Shown here piece after piece: positions 55,864-64,000 of a DNA stretch of 64,000 nucleotides. The notes beneath the pieces were generated by a model. It saw only the letters and a program-made list of their open reading frames with translations. It did not search any database and was not told where the DNA came from. A program made the position numbers and the translations under genes. The DNA is from a virus. Location: the IMG/VR virus record IMGVR_UViG_3300032897_000001, positions 36,795 to 100,794 of that record. One strand, given 5' to 3'. Numbering within the stretch: the first letter of the stretch is position 1; the number at the start of each line of letters is the position of its first letter.

Positions 55864-58761
55864 TTATTCGTCCGGATCGCTGCCAGCAACCTGTTCCGTG
55901 TTGCCACGCAACAGTGCCGCTGTTGTCTTGAGAATGCGCACCTTGCCCGGCGCGTCGCCTTTTTGGAGGAAGGTTTTCAAATCAAGTTCATGGTCCGCTG
56001 GCTGCCCTGCCTTTACCCACGAAGCAATAAGCCGTTCGCCCCTATGATGCGTGACAACACCCACGACTTCCCCTGGGTGTTCTTCCGCGATATCTGCGAG
56101 CCCGCCAAAGAACCGCGTCTTGAAGTCAAGGAATGATTCACCTTCTGGAACATTTTCTGTTGGTCTCTCACGAACATATTCGGCGATTTCCGGCAAAGCC
56201 TCTTTTGTCGTCTGCCCGGTAAATCTGCCCAAGTTCCACGGACGCAGGGTCTTCGTTATGATCGGTGTGAGTTCTAATTCCTCACCGATCATAACCGCTG
56301 TCTCCGCCGCGCGTATTAAATCGGAACTGTACAGCGCAACCAGATCATAATCCTGCAGTTCTTCCGCTGTTTCCTCAGCCTGATCGCGGCCTTCGCTCGT
56401 CAAGGGTACATCAAGCCATGCTCGAATACGATCCACCGACGTGTCAGTATCGTCATTCATTTTCGTTGCACCGTGGCGCACGACTACAAACACGGTTCGT
56501 TCGTCCACAGCGGAATCCTTTGCGGGCGCGGTCTTTGGTTCGTCCGGCGCTACTTGCGAATCCCTTTCTTGCTGAATCAACCCTCGCAGACGTGTCCGCT
56601 CACTTTCAGTTCCGGAAACACGGGGATTGCCCGAAATCTTTGCAGGCGATTTGCTTTTAACAGCCTCAACACCACTTCCGCCACCACCTTCCTTCTTCGC
56701 AAACTTTCCCGACTTATCCCGCTTGTGTTTGGATTCCTCAAATTTGCGAGCATCCCGGGCAAACGGCGGGTCTCTGTCTTCATCCGGACTCTTGTCATGG
56801 GTTGAAATATCAATGCCACCAGTGCCAAGCAGTGCTTCTGACCATTTATCGTCGGCACCAATGGCACCCTTGGCACCGATCCGCCGCTTTAGATAGTCGC
56901 GACCTTGCTCTGAGCGTACATCAGCCCGGTCATAGAAGTCGCCTTCCCTGCGAAGGTGTCGGGCATTACGTGCGGCAATGCGCTTTTGCCACGGACCCGG
57001 ATCAACCTTGCCACTGCCTCCAAGCAAGCTTTCCTGAATGGCAGAATCTTCTTCTTCCTCTTCTTCCTCGGGTTCGTGGTCTTCGTGATCCTCACGTCCC
57101 CCGGGCGCCGCAAATGCCTCCCCCTGCTCATTAGAAGGCTGTGGATGCGGCGGACGCCCGGTCCTGGCACCTTTGCCCGCCCGCGGATCAAGTCCCGCCT
57201 CTTCCTCTTCTCGCAGGTCCGGAACATCTTCAACGTCAATCGACGCATAAGGCGAATCCGGGTCCGCTGCCACCTTCTTACGGACTTCCTCGGGAGTAAG
57301 TACCCCTGAATCAATCAGGGACACATCTGTACGTGCTTCTACCTCCCGCTTATCTGCTTCGGCCTTTTCGTCCAATGCCCACAGCGGCTCAAACACAAAC
57401 GTAATTTCGTTATCGACTTCCCCCCACAAGGAAATCATCACGAAATCAATAACCGTCGTGAGTTGCGCGCGCATGCGCTTTTCTTGCGACGCAGCAACCC
57501 AGTCATAGAACATCCGAATGCCGCCTTCATCACTGGCATTCAGACCCGTTGGTTGAATGCCTAGAAGCTTGACAATCGGTATCCCACTGACAGACGCGAG
57601 ATGTTCCTGCGTCTGCGCTTGGAGTTGTTCTAGCCCTCCCAGCGGCGCTGACACATTGCTTAGTTCTTCGGTCTCCTTATTGACAACCATCATGCCGCGG
57701 TTGTCGCGCATGACGTTGAACAAATCGACACGTTTGAAGAGCAAATCGCCGCCGTCTTCCAATGACGTTCCCAAGTCTGTCTTGAGGACAAACACGGAGA
57801 ACGCATGAATCAGGTCCGCGACCGATTGCCGGGTCCGTAGCCAATTATCAACATACGGCTTTGACATCTGCGTCATGGACAACCCGCCGAACGAATACGC
57901 GGGTTTGAGCAGATCTGGGACTTCCCGACCGACAAACTTCAAGAGGCGCGAGGCGTGAACCTCCTTGCCCATTACAAACCATGTTTCAGGTTCATACCAA
58001 TTGTCGGATAGTGGATCATCAGCATTGTAGGATGTCGGATAGACCCAGACAGGTTCCACCGGACGCAGAACCCGCAACGAACCTTTGCCGACTTTTGTCC
58101 TACTGACGTTATCCCGACCATTGCCTATTGACGTTTTTAATTCGTCGCGATCCTCAGTGGCTCCGGTGTCAATGTAGAGATGTGCGCGGCCGAACAATTC
58201 ATCTAATTCGATACAACGTCGAAACGCGTCGCGCGCACGAAGATTGTCCAGGGCGTCAACAATTTGTTTTATCTTATCGGACTTGTCCCTGTCCCCGACC
58301 GACTGCAAGCGTATCCACTTGCGCGTCATCTCTGTAGCAAGGATTTCGGCAAACCGCCGAAACTCGGCACGCTGTGCCTGTTCCGCTAATGCTGTATAGC
58401 CGGGGAACGCCAACCCTTCCGCAAAGATCGCGGAGAATGCCGAACCTCTGTTCCACTCCCCACTGGCCCACGAAAAACCATCGTCCATGGCCATTTGTGC
58501 GCCCTTTGGTGGACGCGCTGCAGGCGGAAACTCAGGAAGCGCAAAGGGATTTGTCCGGGACTTGTTGCCGCCGCTTCGTGCACGTAAAAGCGCGGCTTCT
58601 GTCACTCTAACTGCTTGCTGCTCTGCTGTCTCCTTTGTAAACCCATTAGCAAAGCTGTCCGTTGCAATCTGCGCACGACGGAACATGCGGCGCGCCCTTT
58701 CAAAGGCTGCATCGCGTACACGCTTCCACCAAGAATCTTTCTTCGGATTGGGAGCAAGCAT
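55864..58761 (-). CDS. Portal protein (DUF1073) with long C-terminal extension ending in a histidine phosphatase domain
   Basis: FPGY..L, EMTRKW, Y.F.G.S..Q...PYV.NWLRTRQSV, LLGI.P.GLNAS; C-terminal VVRHG, YSSDL.RA.ETA, PEGES, VVTH. Confidence 0.88.
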   Translation of the reverse strand: MLAPNPKKDSWWKRVRDAAFERARRMFRRAQIATDSFANGFTKETAEQQAVRVTEAALLRARSGGNKSRTNPFALPEFPPAARPPKGAQMAMDDGFSWASGEWNRGSAFSAIFAEGLAFPGYTALAEQAQRAEFRRFAEILATEMTRKWIRLQSVGDRDKSDKIKQIVDALDNLRARDAFRRCIELDELFGRAHLYIDTGATEDRDELKTSIGNGRDNVSRTKVGKGSLRVLRPVEPVWVYPTSYNADDPLSDNWYEPETWFVMGKEVHASRLLKFVGREVPDLLKPAYSFGGLSMTQMSKPYVDNWLRTRQSVADLIHAFSVFVLKTDLGTSLEDGGDLLFKRVDLFNVMRDNRGMMVVNKETEELSNVSAPLGGLEQLQAQTQEHLASVSGIPIVKLLGIQPTGLNASDEGGIRMFYDWVAASQEKRMRAQLTTVIDFVMISLWGEVDNEITFVFEPLWALDEKAEADKREVEARTDVSLIDSGVLTPEEVRKKVAADPDSPYASIDVEDVPDLREEEEAGLDPRAGKGARTGRPPHPQPSNEQGEAFAAPGGREDHEDHEPEEEEEEEDSAIQESLLGGSGKVDPGPWQKRIAARNARHLRREGDFYDRADVRSEQGRDYLKRRIGAKGAIGADDKWSEALLGTGGIDISTHDKSPDEDRDPPFARDARKFEESKHKRDKSGKFAKKEGGGGSGVEAVKSKSPAKISGNPRVSGTESERTRLRGLIQQERDSQVAPDEPKTAPAKDSAVDERTVFVVVRHGATKMNDDTDTSVDRIRAWLDVPLTSEGRDQAEETAEELQDYDLVALYSSDLIRAAETAVMIGEELELTPIITKTLRPWNLGRFTGQTTKEALPEIAEYVRERPTENVPEGESFLDFKTRFFGGLADIAEEHPGEVVGVVTHHRGERLIASWVKAGQPADHELDLKTFLQKGDAPGKVRILKTTAALLRGNTEQVAGSDPDE

Positions 58762-58766
58762 TACTG

Positions 58767-58985
58767 TTAAACAAGCATCTCATATAGCTGTTGATACTGC
58801 TGATTAGTCAGCCCTACTCCACCAACTGTGATCGTACCAGAATTGTTCACCACCACTGCTTCAAGCACATCCACTGCTTCCACGTATTGGAGCAATTTCG
58901 ATCCAGTGCCATAAGTTGAAAGCCGTGTTTGAACTGCAGTGACAATAGCCGCATTAAATGCCAACGTGATTACTCCCCTTACCAA
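58767..58985 (-). CDS. Small hypothetical protein
   Basis: 72 aa between terminase and portal genes. Confidence 0.5.
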   Translation of the reverse strand: MVRGVITLAFNAAIVTAVQTRLSTYGTGSKLLQYVEAVDVLEAVVVNNSGTITVGGVGLTNQQYQQLYEMLV

Positions 58986-60670
58986 CGTCTCTGTTGCGAG
59001 AGTGGTGTGCGCGTCGCACGCTTCATCACTTCATCGCTGATCGCTGTAATACCCGTGGTCACCGGCCAATAACACATAACGAGGCTGTCCGCCAAATTCG
59101 GCGACTTCGTGCCCTGTGGTGTCTTATCGATCATCAGCTTAAGCCGGGAATTCTTAGCCATCGTCGGCTGACTTAGTTCCTTGACCAGCTTCCAAATCAG
59201 CGGCAAGCCACTCGGGAGCGAAATCAAGTCATCTTCATCCCACGTAAAATCCGGATCGTTCACCGCCCGGTAAGTCATCTCAAACCGGTGCCGCAGCATC
59301 CACCACGCTTGCGCTTTAAGGTTCCCGTAGAAATCGCCGTTCTTAAGGGACTGTGGATCATTCGGAATCATCCTTCGATCCGGATGCAACGGCGCGGCGC
59401 CGGCATTCCACGGGACAAGCACAAGTCCCTTGGGCAACAGATAGTCATCCCGCAGTCTGTTGGTTTCGGCCTTTATGCTTGAACCCATGCCGACTGCGTC
59501 ATATTGCAGGCGACACGGCACCTTATCCCGGCAGGTCTCTACTGCCTTCCGTGCTGTCTCTCCGGTGTCCCGCGCACCCCATTCGTCCAATTCGCGGAGC
59601 AAAATTCCCTTGCGGATTGAAAGCGCATTGGTGTCGGAACCGCCGTCCGCGATGTCGAGTGCTGCACACCACCCGCCGTCACACTTCAATTTCAGCTTGA
59701 TGTGCGCGTCGATCGCGGCGCGTACCCAATCGCCCGGGATAACCGTACCAACAACCGCGGCCGAATAGTCCCGGTCAACTTCCTGTGCAAACTTATGCAG
59801 GAGTCCATCGCCTTCGTATTTGGCGCGGAGTGTGTAGTACCATTCCTGCGTCTTGCCCGGGTGGTCCCGCCAATCCATCACCAGGACATTAGTCCGCCCC
59901 TTTACTACGGGCCGGCCCGGAATCCATTCCTCGCCATTCTCCCGCTTGCGATGGAACACGTTGCCGATACCGTTGACAGAACTAATATCAATCTGCGTTC
60001 GTGCGTTGGTCATCAACGCCGCTTCGATCATCTCCGGATGTTGGTAGTGTGCTGCTTCGTCCTTGAAGTAGATAAGCGAACGCCCGCCGCGGCCGATATT
60101 GTCGCCTGCGTCACCGATAATGGTTGCTCCGGTTTCAGGATTGATAATGCGCATGTGCAGCGCATGTTCTTTCATACTGAAACCAACGGGGAGCAGTTCC
60201 CGGGGGAGATGGCGGAGCACGATCCTTATCTTTTCGAGGATCGAATCCGGATCACCAAGCTTATCGACTAGATTCGCCTCTTGTGAACCCCACCCGATAC
60301 TGGCACCCGGCCAAAAGCACCACAGATGCGCGGAAGCGATCGCGCAACACCACGTGGCGCCCATGTCCCGGCATTTCTCAATAAGCCCGGATTCCCCGCC
60401 ACGCAAACACGCGTAAATGAAGTTGAGCAGATCGCGTTGACGCTTGAACGGCGTAAACGGCATAAGCACAGGCGAGCTAGTCCCAGCATTACGCTGGTCC
60501 CACGTCATGGCCCAATGCGAAGCAAACTGCAGGTGCCTTGTGCGGTAATACTCTTTCGCACCTGTCCACAGTTCCGGGGTACGCCGTAGCTTCTTAAGAC
60601 GCTCTGTGCGTTCGTCTATGACAGCAAGATAGTCCCGCGGCGGCCACGGCTCTTTGGAAGCATCCAGCAC
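58979..60670 (-). CDS. terL: Terminase large subunit
   Basis: EKCRDMGATW (Walker A variant), GRGGR...YFKDEAAH, ISS.NG, LDIAD.G.D and SPNLAD nuclease motifs. Confidence 0.92.
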   Translation of the reverse strand: MLDASKEPWPPRDYLAVIDERTERLKKLRRTPELWTGAKEYYRTRHLQFASHWAMTWDQRNAGTSSPVLMPFTPFKRQRDLLNFIYACLRGGESGLIEKCRDMGATWCCAIASAHLWCFWPGASIGWGSQEANLVDKLGDPDSILEKIRIVLRHLPRELLPVGFSMKEHALHMRIINPETGATIIGDAGDNIGRGGRSLIYFKDEAAHYQHPEMIEAALMTNARTQIDISSVNGIGNVFHRKRENGEEWIPGRPVVKGRTNVLVMDWRDHPGKTQEWYYTLRAKYEGDGLLHKFAQEVDRDYSAAVVGTVIPGDWVRAAIDAHIKLKLKCDGGWCAALDIADGGSDTNALSIRKGILLRELDEWGARDTGETARKAVETCRDKVPCRLQYDAVGMGSSIKAETNRLRDDYLLPKGLVLVPWNAGAAPLHPDRRMIPNDPQSLKNGDFYGNLKAQAWWMLRHRFEMTYRAVNDPDFTWDEDDLISLPSGLPLIWKLVKELSQPTMAKNSRLKLMIDKTPQGTKSPNLADSLVMCYWPVTTGITAISDEVMKRATRTPLSQQRRW

Positions 60671-61186
60671 TCACGCGCTAGGCTGGCTTAACCCTGCCTC
60701 TCCCTTATATGGAATAGTTCCCCACGTCGCGATAACACGGTTATATGCCGTGATTGCGGTGTTGCAGTCATTCCAAAAGATGTCCCAGCACTTCTCCTCG
60801 ACACCTTTGTTTTCTGGCTGTGTGAGTGCCACACATAGCCACTTGAACTGTTCCTCAATATGCGAAATCATTGCGCGCTGTATCGCCGACGTGATTTCAT
60901 TCCGCCCAGCAACCACATCGGGCGCTTCTGTATCCGAGACAGGGATACTCTCCGCGGAAGTCGGTTCTAACCGGAACCCTGCTTTCTTTAGCACCTGCCG
61001 GCATTGTTCTGCCCGATCCTCGGGCACATCATATTGAATGTCCCGCTCTCCCTTAGCCGGACCAGAAACAACCGTGCCGGAACTAACGTGCCGTCCGCCA
61101 TGCCATTCGAAAATCCGAATGGCTGCTTTGTCTTCCTTTTCCCCAGGGTCGCCGTGACGGGAAAAATACGCGGAAACTACAGTCAC
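60671..61186 (-). CDS. Hypothetical protein between terS and terL
   Basis: 171 aa, GTGA-coupled. Confidence 0.6.
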   Translation of the reverse strand: MTVVSAYFSRHGDPGEKEDKAAIRIFEWHGGRHVSSGTVVSGPAKGERDIQYDVPEDRAEQCRQVLKKAGFRLEPTSAESIPVSDTEAPDVVAGRNEITSAIQRAMISHIEEQFKWLCVALTQPENKGVEEKCWDIFWNDCNTAITAYNRVIATWGTIPYKGEAGLSQPSA

Positions 61187-61665
61187 GGTTCATCCCCGTT
61201 CGTGGGCACAGGAACGGTGACAGGTTCCGTTTCCGTCGCCTGTCCCTCAATCGTCAGCGGTTCGTCTTCATCCTCGAAACCAGCTTCGCTCGAAACTAGT
61301 TGCGCATAGGCTGCTACAGCGTCAACGGCCGCGGTCTCCGCGGTAATGCCAATCGGGCCACCACCCCGGCCCGAAATCTCTACCGCTTGTGTGATACGGC
61401 CTTCCACACGCTCTGTGACAAACTTGATGGCTTCAAGGTTGCCGTTCTCCGCCATCTCGACAACCTTGGCAGCGATCCGGTGCGCCTTCGTGCGCCCGCT
61501 ATCGTCAACCTCCATATCGAGTTCATTGAGGATACGCGATGTAATGCGCTTTTTAGGCGTTGGATACCAAAGAGATTCTTCTCTGCGTGGACCAGCACCC
61601 AACTTAGCCATTTGATTACCCACCTGAAAACGTGTCGCAGGACTCGGGTTTGGATTACCAGGCAT
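61183..61665 (-). CDS. terS: Probable terminase small subunit
   Basis: TRFQ.GN, A..G...AIK...ER.EG...Q..E.SG.GGGPI; position upstream of terL. Confidence 0.7.
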   Translation of the reverse strand: MPGNPNPSPATRFQVGNQMAKLGAGPRREESLWYPTPKKRITSRILNELDMEVDDSGRTKAHRIAAKVVEMAENGNLEAIKFVTERVEGRITQAVEISGRGGGPIGITAETAAVDAVAAYAQLVSSEAGFEDEDEPLTIEGQATETEPVTVPVPTNGDEP

Positions 61666-61812
61666 GTTCTACATATGTTCCGTGAGTTCAAAATTCTCCC
61701 GTTCCGCTGACATGCGGCAACCGTACCGGGAACCAAGCCTCAGAACCAGCCATCACACGGCATTGCTATAGGCAGGCGGTTCGTGATCCGATCACGGTTA
61801 ACTCAGACGTGA

Positions 61813-62304
61813 CTACGCGGCCTGCAGTTGTCCCGGAGGCAGCGTAATTATTCGCATACTCCCAAAGAAGTCCAATTCGACTGAATCGGACTCGCCTTTG
61901 GCCGTTATATATTTCGCCCGCAACTCCCGAAACGGACCGTCATTTACTAACACGGACTGTCCGGGATGGAACCTCATTTTCGTGGGTAGGGGAACGAACC
62001 CATGTTTTTCGCTTGCTCGCAACCGCTGCACTTCACTTTCTCGGGCCACCATTGGCCGTTCGTCGCACATGAGGATGCCGATAATCCCCGGAGTGCGGAT
62101 TATGCGGTGAAACTGTTCCACCCAGTCTTGGACCATCTCAACAAGCAAGTACCATCCGAGCAAGTAGTTCGTAACATAGGTGCGGCGCCCACGGGATACA
62201 ACACGTTTCCGCGTGAGTGGTCTGTAGCACGTCATACCGTCTGCACACAAAAGTTCATACGCTCGTTTCCGCTTGATCATGACCACAAACGAGTCAGCCA
62301 CCAT
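61813..62304 (-). CDS. NusG/RfaH-family transcription antiterminator
   Basis: NGN domain (Y.P, LL..YLLV, I.RTPG+.GIL) plus KOW (F.PGQ.V.V.DGPF...V.LDFFG); ATG 62304 with GGGGG RBS. Confidence 0.85.
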   Translation of the reverse strand: MVADSFVVMIKRKRAYELLCADGMTCYRPLTRKRVVSRGRRTYVTNYLLGWYLLVEMVQDWVEQFHRIIRTPGIIGILMCDERPMVARESEVQRLRASEKHGFVPLPTKMRFHPGQSVLVNDGPFRELRAKYITAKGESDSVELDFFGSMRIITLPPGQLQAA

Positions 62305-62334
62305 TGGCCCCCTGCGCGCACACATCCCCGCGAC

Positions 62335-62390
62335 CATGTAAAACACAACGGGATTTGTTGTCAAATCCTTGAATAAAAATTGATTTTTTG
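62335..62390 (-). promoter_or_regulatory. Probable late-operon promoter with a palindrome over the -35 box
   Basis: TTGACA (62364-62359) with upstream A/T tract; GGATTTG-TTGT-CAAATCC palindrome at 62351-62368. Confidence 0.55.
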
Positions 62391-62393
62391 CCC

Positions 62394-62700
62394 GGCACCG
62401 ATGGCACCGGATTGAGCAAAGCCCCCGAAATTTTGTGGCAATTTTGTGGGAGTTTTTCGGGCTTGGCACCGAAAAAAACGGGCTTGGCACGGGTGGCACC
62501 CTTGGCACTGGTTTTCTTAGGTTGTTCTACGATTATGAACATCCGTTCATCTTCTCTCCCTTACTGGTAACAGCATACCACTGAATTTTTCAAGAATATG
62601 GCAACTAGGTGTCTGTCAAAAAAAGTGTGTACGGCTTCAGGGGCGACCAGTGCCAAGGGTGCCAACCGTGCCAAGACTTGCGCGCCCGATCGGTGCCAAA
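62394..62700. repeat. Iterated TGGCAC motifs forming a 29-bp inverted repeat (62483-62511 / 62647-62675)
   Basis: CTTGGCACGGGTGGCACCCTTGGCACTGG matches the reverse complement of CCAGTGCCAAGGGTGCCAACCGTGCCAAG at 28/29; extra single copies flank both arms. Confidence 0.85.
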
Positions 62701-63038
62701 CGGTATCCTGTAACCAAAAACCGCAGGTTTTCCGCCATTAAGCCGCAATCGTCCATTCTTTCGCCGCAGTTAACGCCTTGCCGCCAGTCCGCCACAGTTC
62801 AGCGCTTTTGACAACTTTTGGGCACGGGTTCCGCTAGTTTGACACAGTTCAGCAGGTCTTCGGCGTTCCTTTCGGACTACCGCGCTACCGTTAACCCGTT
62901 GTAATGCAGCCTCTGATTTGCTCTATTGGGCGCACTCGCCACAAAGTGGGTGGGGTGTGGAGTGACAACTTGCCACACCCCTAAATCGACAAGATTCGTG
63001 CATCTATCGCTTCTGTGTCTTGCGTAGGAGGCTTTCAG

Positions 63039-63698
63039 ATGAATTTTGAACAGACACTTAGCTTCGGAAAGCAAAAAGAGCAGTAAAGTTTGTTCCTGCT
63101 TCGTAACAACAAGGTTTATTCAACTTATGCAACGCCGCTTACTGATATTGAAAATGGCGGTGCTCCTAAATTGCTGGGGCCGGAAGGCGATAATAGTGTT
63201 TTGCCGGACTTTGAATTACACTGCATTAGCAATGGTACAAATGGTGTGGCAGATTTCCACGGGTATGTGGAACATAAATGGAAGTCGCAAGCTACGCGCC
63301 ACCGCATAACAAACACATTTCAGCATGGCTTTGGAAGGCGCCTTTTTGACAATTACTGCAAGGTTTCCGAGAGAACCGGGCGCCCGCTCTTGATCATGGT
63401 GTATGAAAACGATATAAATTTGCGCTGGGAACAGGACCCCCGATATGATGATCCTGTCTATATGGCTTTGCGTAAAGCTGGTGTACGTAGTGTTGCACTT
63501 ATTGGTTCCATCACGCTATTGGGGATTCACCACGAACATAAAGACAATCCTGGGGAACATACAAAAGGTGTTGATCCTGGTGGAATGGTTTATTTTGATT
63601 GCAACAAGTTCACCATACTTCATCCACGCGGCCTTGCCTATGCACCTGACATGTTCCATGAGATGGCGGACGAATTTGTAGATCTCAACAAAGTCTAA
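63039..63698 (+). pseudogene. PD-(D/E)xK nuclease-like gene interrupted by an in-frame TAA at 63084-63086
   Basis: AGGAGG RBS and ATG 63039 are in frame with ORF 63090-63698; LPDF...YVEHK motif. Confidence 0.5.
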
Positions 63699-63716
63699 CC
63701 TGCAGGGAATGTTTTC

Positions 63717-64000
63717 GTGACTGAACTAACCAAATACGACGCTGCTTGTCGCGCGGTTGCTGAAGCGAAGTCCGTGGACGAAGCGAAAGAGATCCTCAAT
63801 GCTGCTGCAGCAATGAAGGCGTATGCCCGGCAGGCCAACAATAAGCAGATGGAGGCAGACGCTTTCGAGATTCGGTTGCGGGCCGAAAGGCGCGTCGGGG
63901 AAATGATGCGCGCACAGCGGGAGACTGTGGGAACAGCTTTGCCTTCAGGCAATAATCAATATGCTAAAGTGGATCGGGGTTTCCGAAACCCCGATCCACT
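63717..64000 (+). CDS. 5' part of a phage protein whose N-terminus is often found on MT-A70-type DNA methyltransferases (truncated by the window edge)
   Basis: GTG start; L.KYDAACRA.AEA.SVDE.K.I...A.A...YA.QA.N...E.DA.EIR.RAERR.GE. Confidence 0.6.
   Translation, partial: MTELTKYDAACRAVAEAKSVDEAKEILNAAAAMKAYARQANNKQMEADAFEIRLRAERRVGEMMRAQRETVGTALPSGNNQYAKVDRGFRNPDP

Noticed and set aside
55864-58761. Portal as anti-CBASS Acb1 nuclease
   Set aside because: DUF1073 proteins are sometimes labelled this way, but no paired HxT/S 2H-phosphoesterase motifs are evident; position and motifs indicate a portal with an RHG histidine phosphatase
62305-62508. N-terminal extension of the NusG ORF given in the ORF track
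   Set aside because: It runs through the promoter and iteron repeats and is low-complexity; the NGN domain starts near ATG 62304
1-64000. tRNA genes, integrase, DNA polymerase, alternative genetic code
   Set aside because: None recognised in this window; genes end normally at TAA, TAG and TGA, so the single in-frame TAA at 63084 does not indicate recoding

Overview
This window is about 64 kb of a tailed dsDNA phage with a contractile (myovirus-type) tail. The gene set resembles Bcep781/PB1/AP22-type phages: DUF1073 portal, MuF, DUF2213 protease, DUF2184 capsid, DUF3383 sheath and DUF2612 baseplate. The host is probably an alphaproteobacterium, inferred from an Omp25/RopB-type porin gene. Positions 1-12.3 kb (+ strand) are an early/accessory region with repeated sigma70 promoters, a Ycf46-like AAA+ ATPase, an AcrIII-1 (DUF1874) ring nuclease and an SNF2 helicase. 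Positions 12.3-62.3 kb (- strand) form one long late operon headed by a NusG/RfaH paralogue. Main unusual observations: (1) five type II hammerhead ribozymes sit directly in front of the RBS of early genes, two of them behind a duplicated leader RNA with compensatory base changes; (2) a ~9 kb unusual-sugar biosynthesis/glycosyltransferase cluster is inserted between head-tail joining genes behind a rod-like RNA hairpin, and four virion proteins share an inserted Ser/Thr/Gly-rich domain; (3) the portal and prohead protease carry fused enzymes (histidine phosphatase, Nudix, HiPIP-like) separated by recurring A-x-D motifs, which also occur in small proteins sharing an M[AS]GR[FY]G leader; (4) two tandem tape-measure-like genes. 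All family assignments come from motif recognition by eye; no database searches were run.
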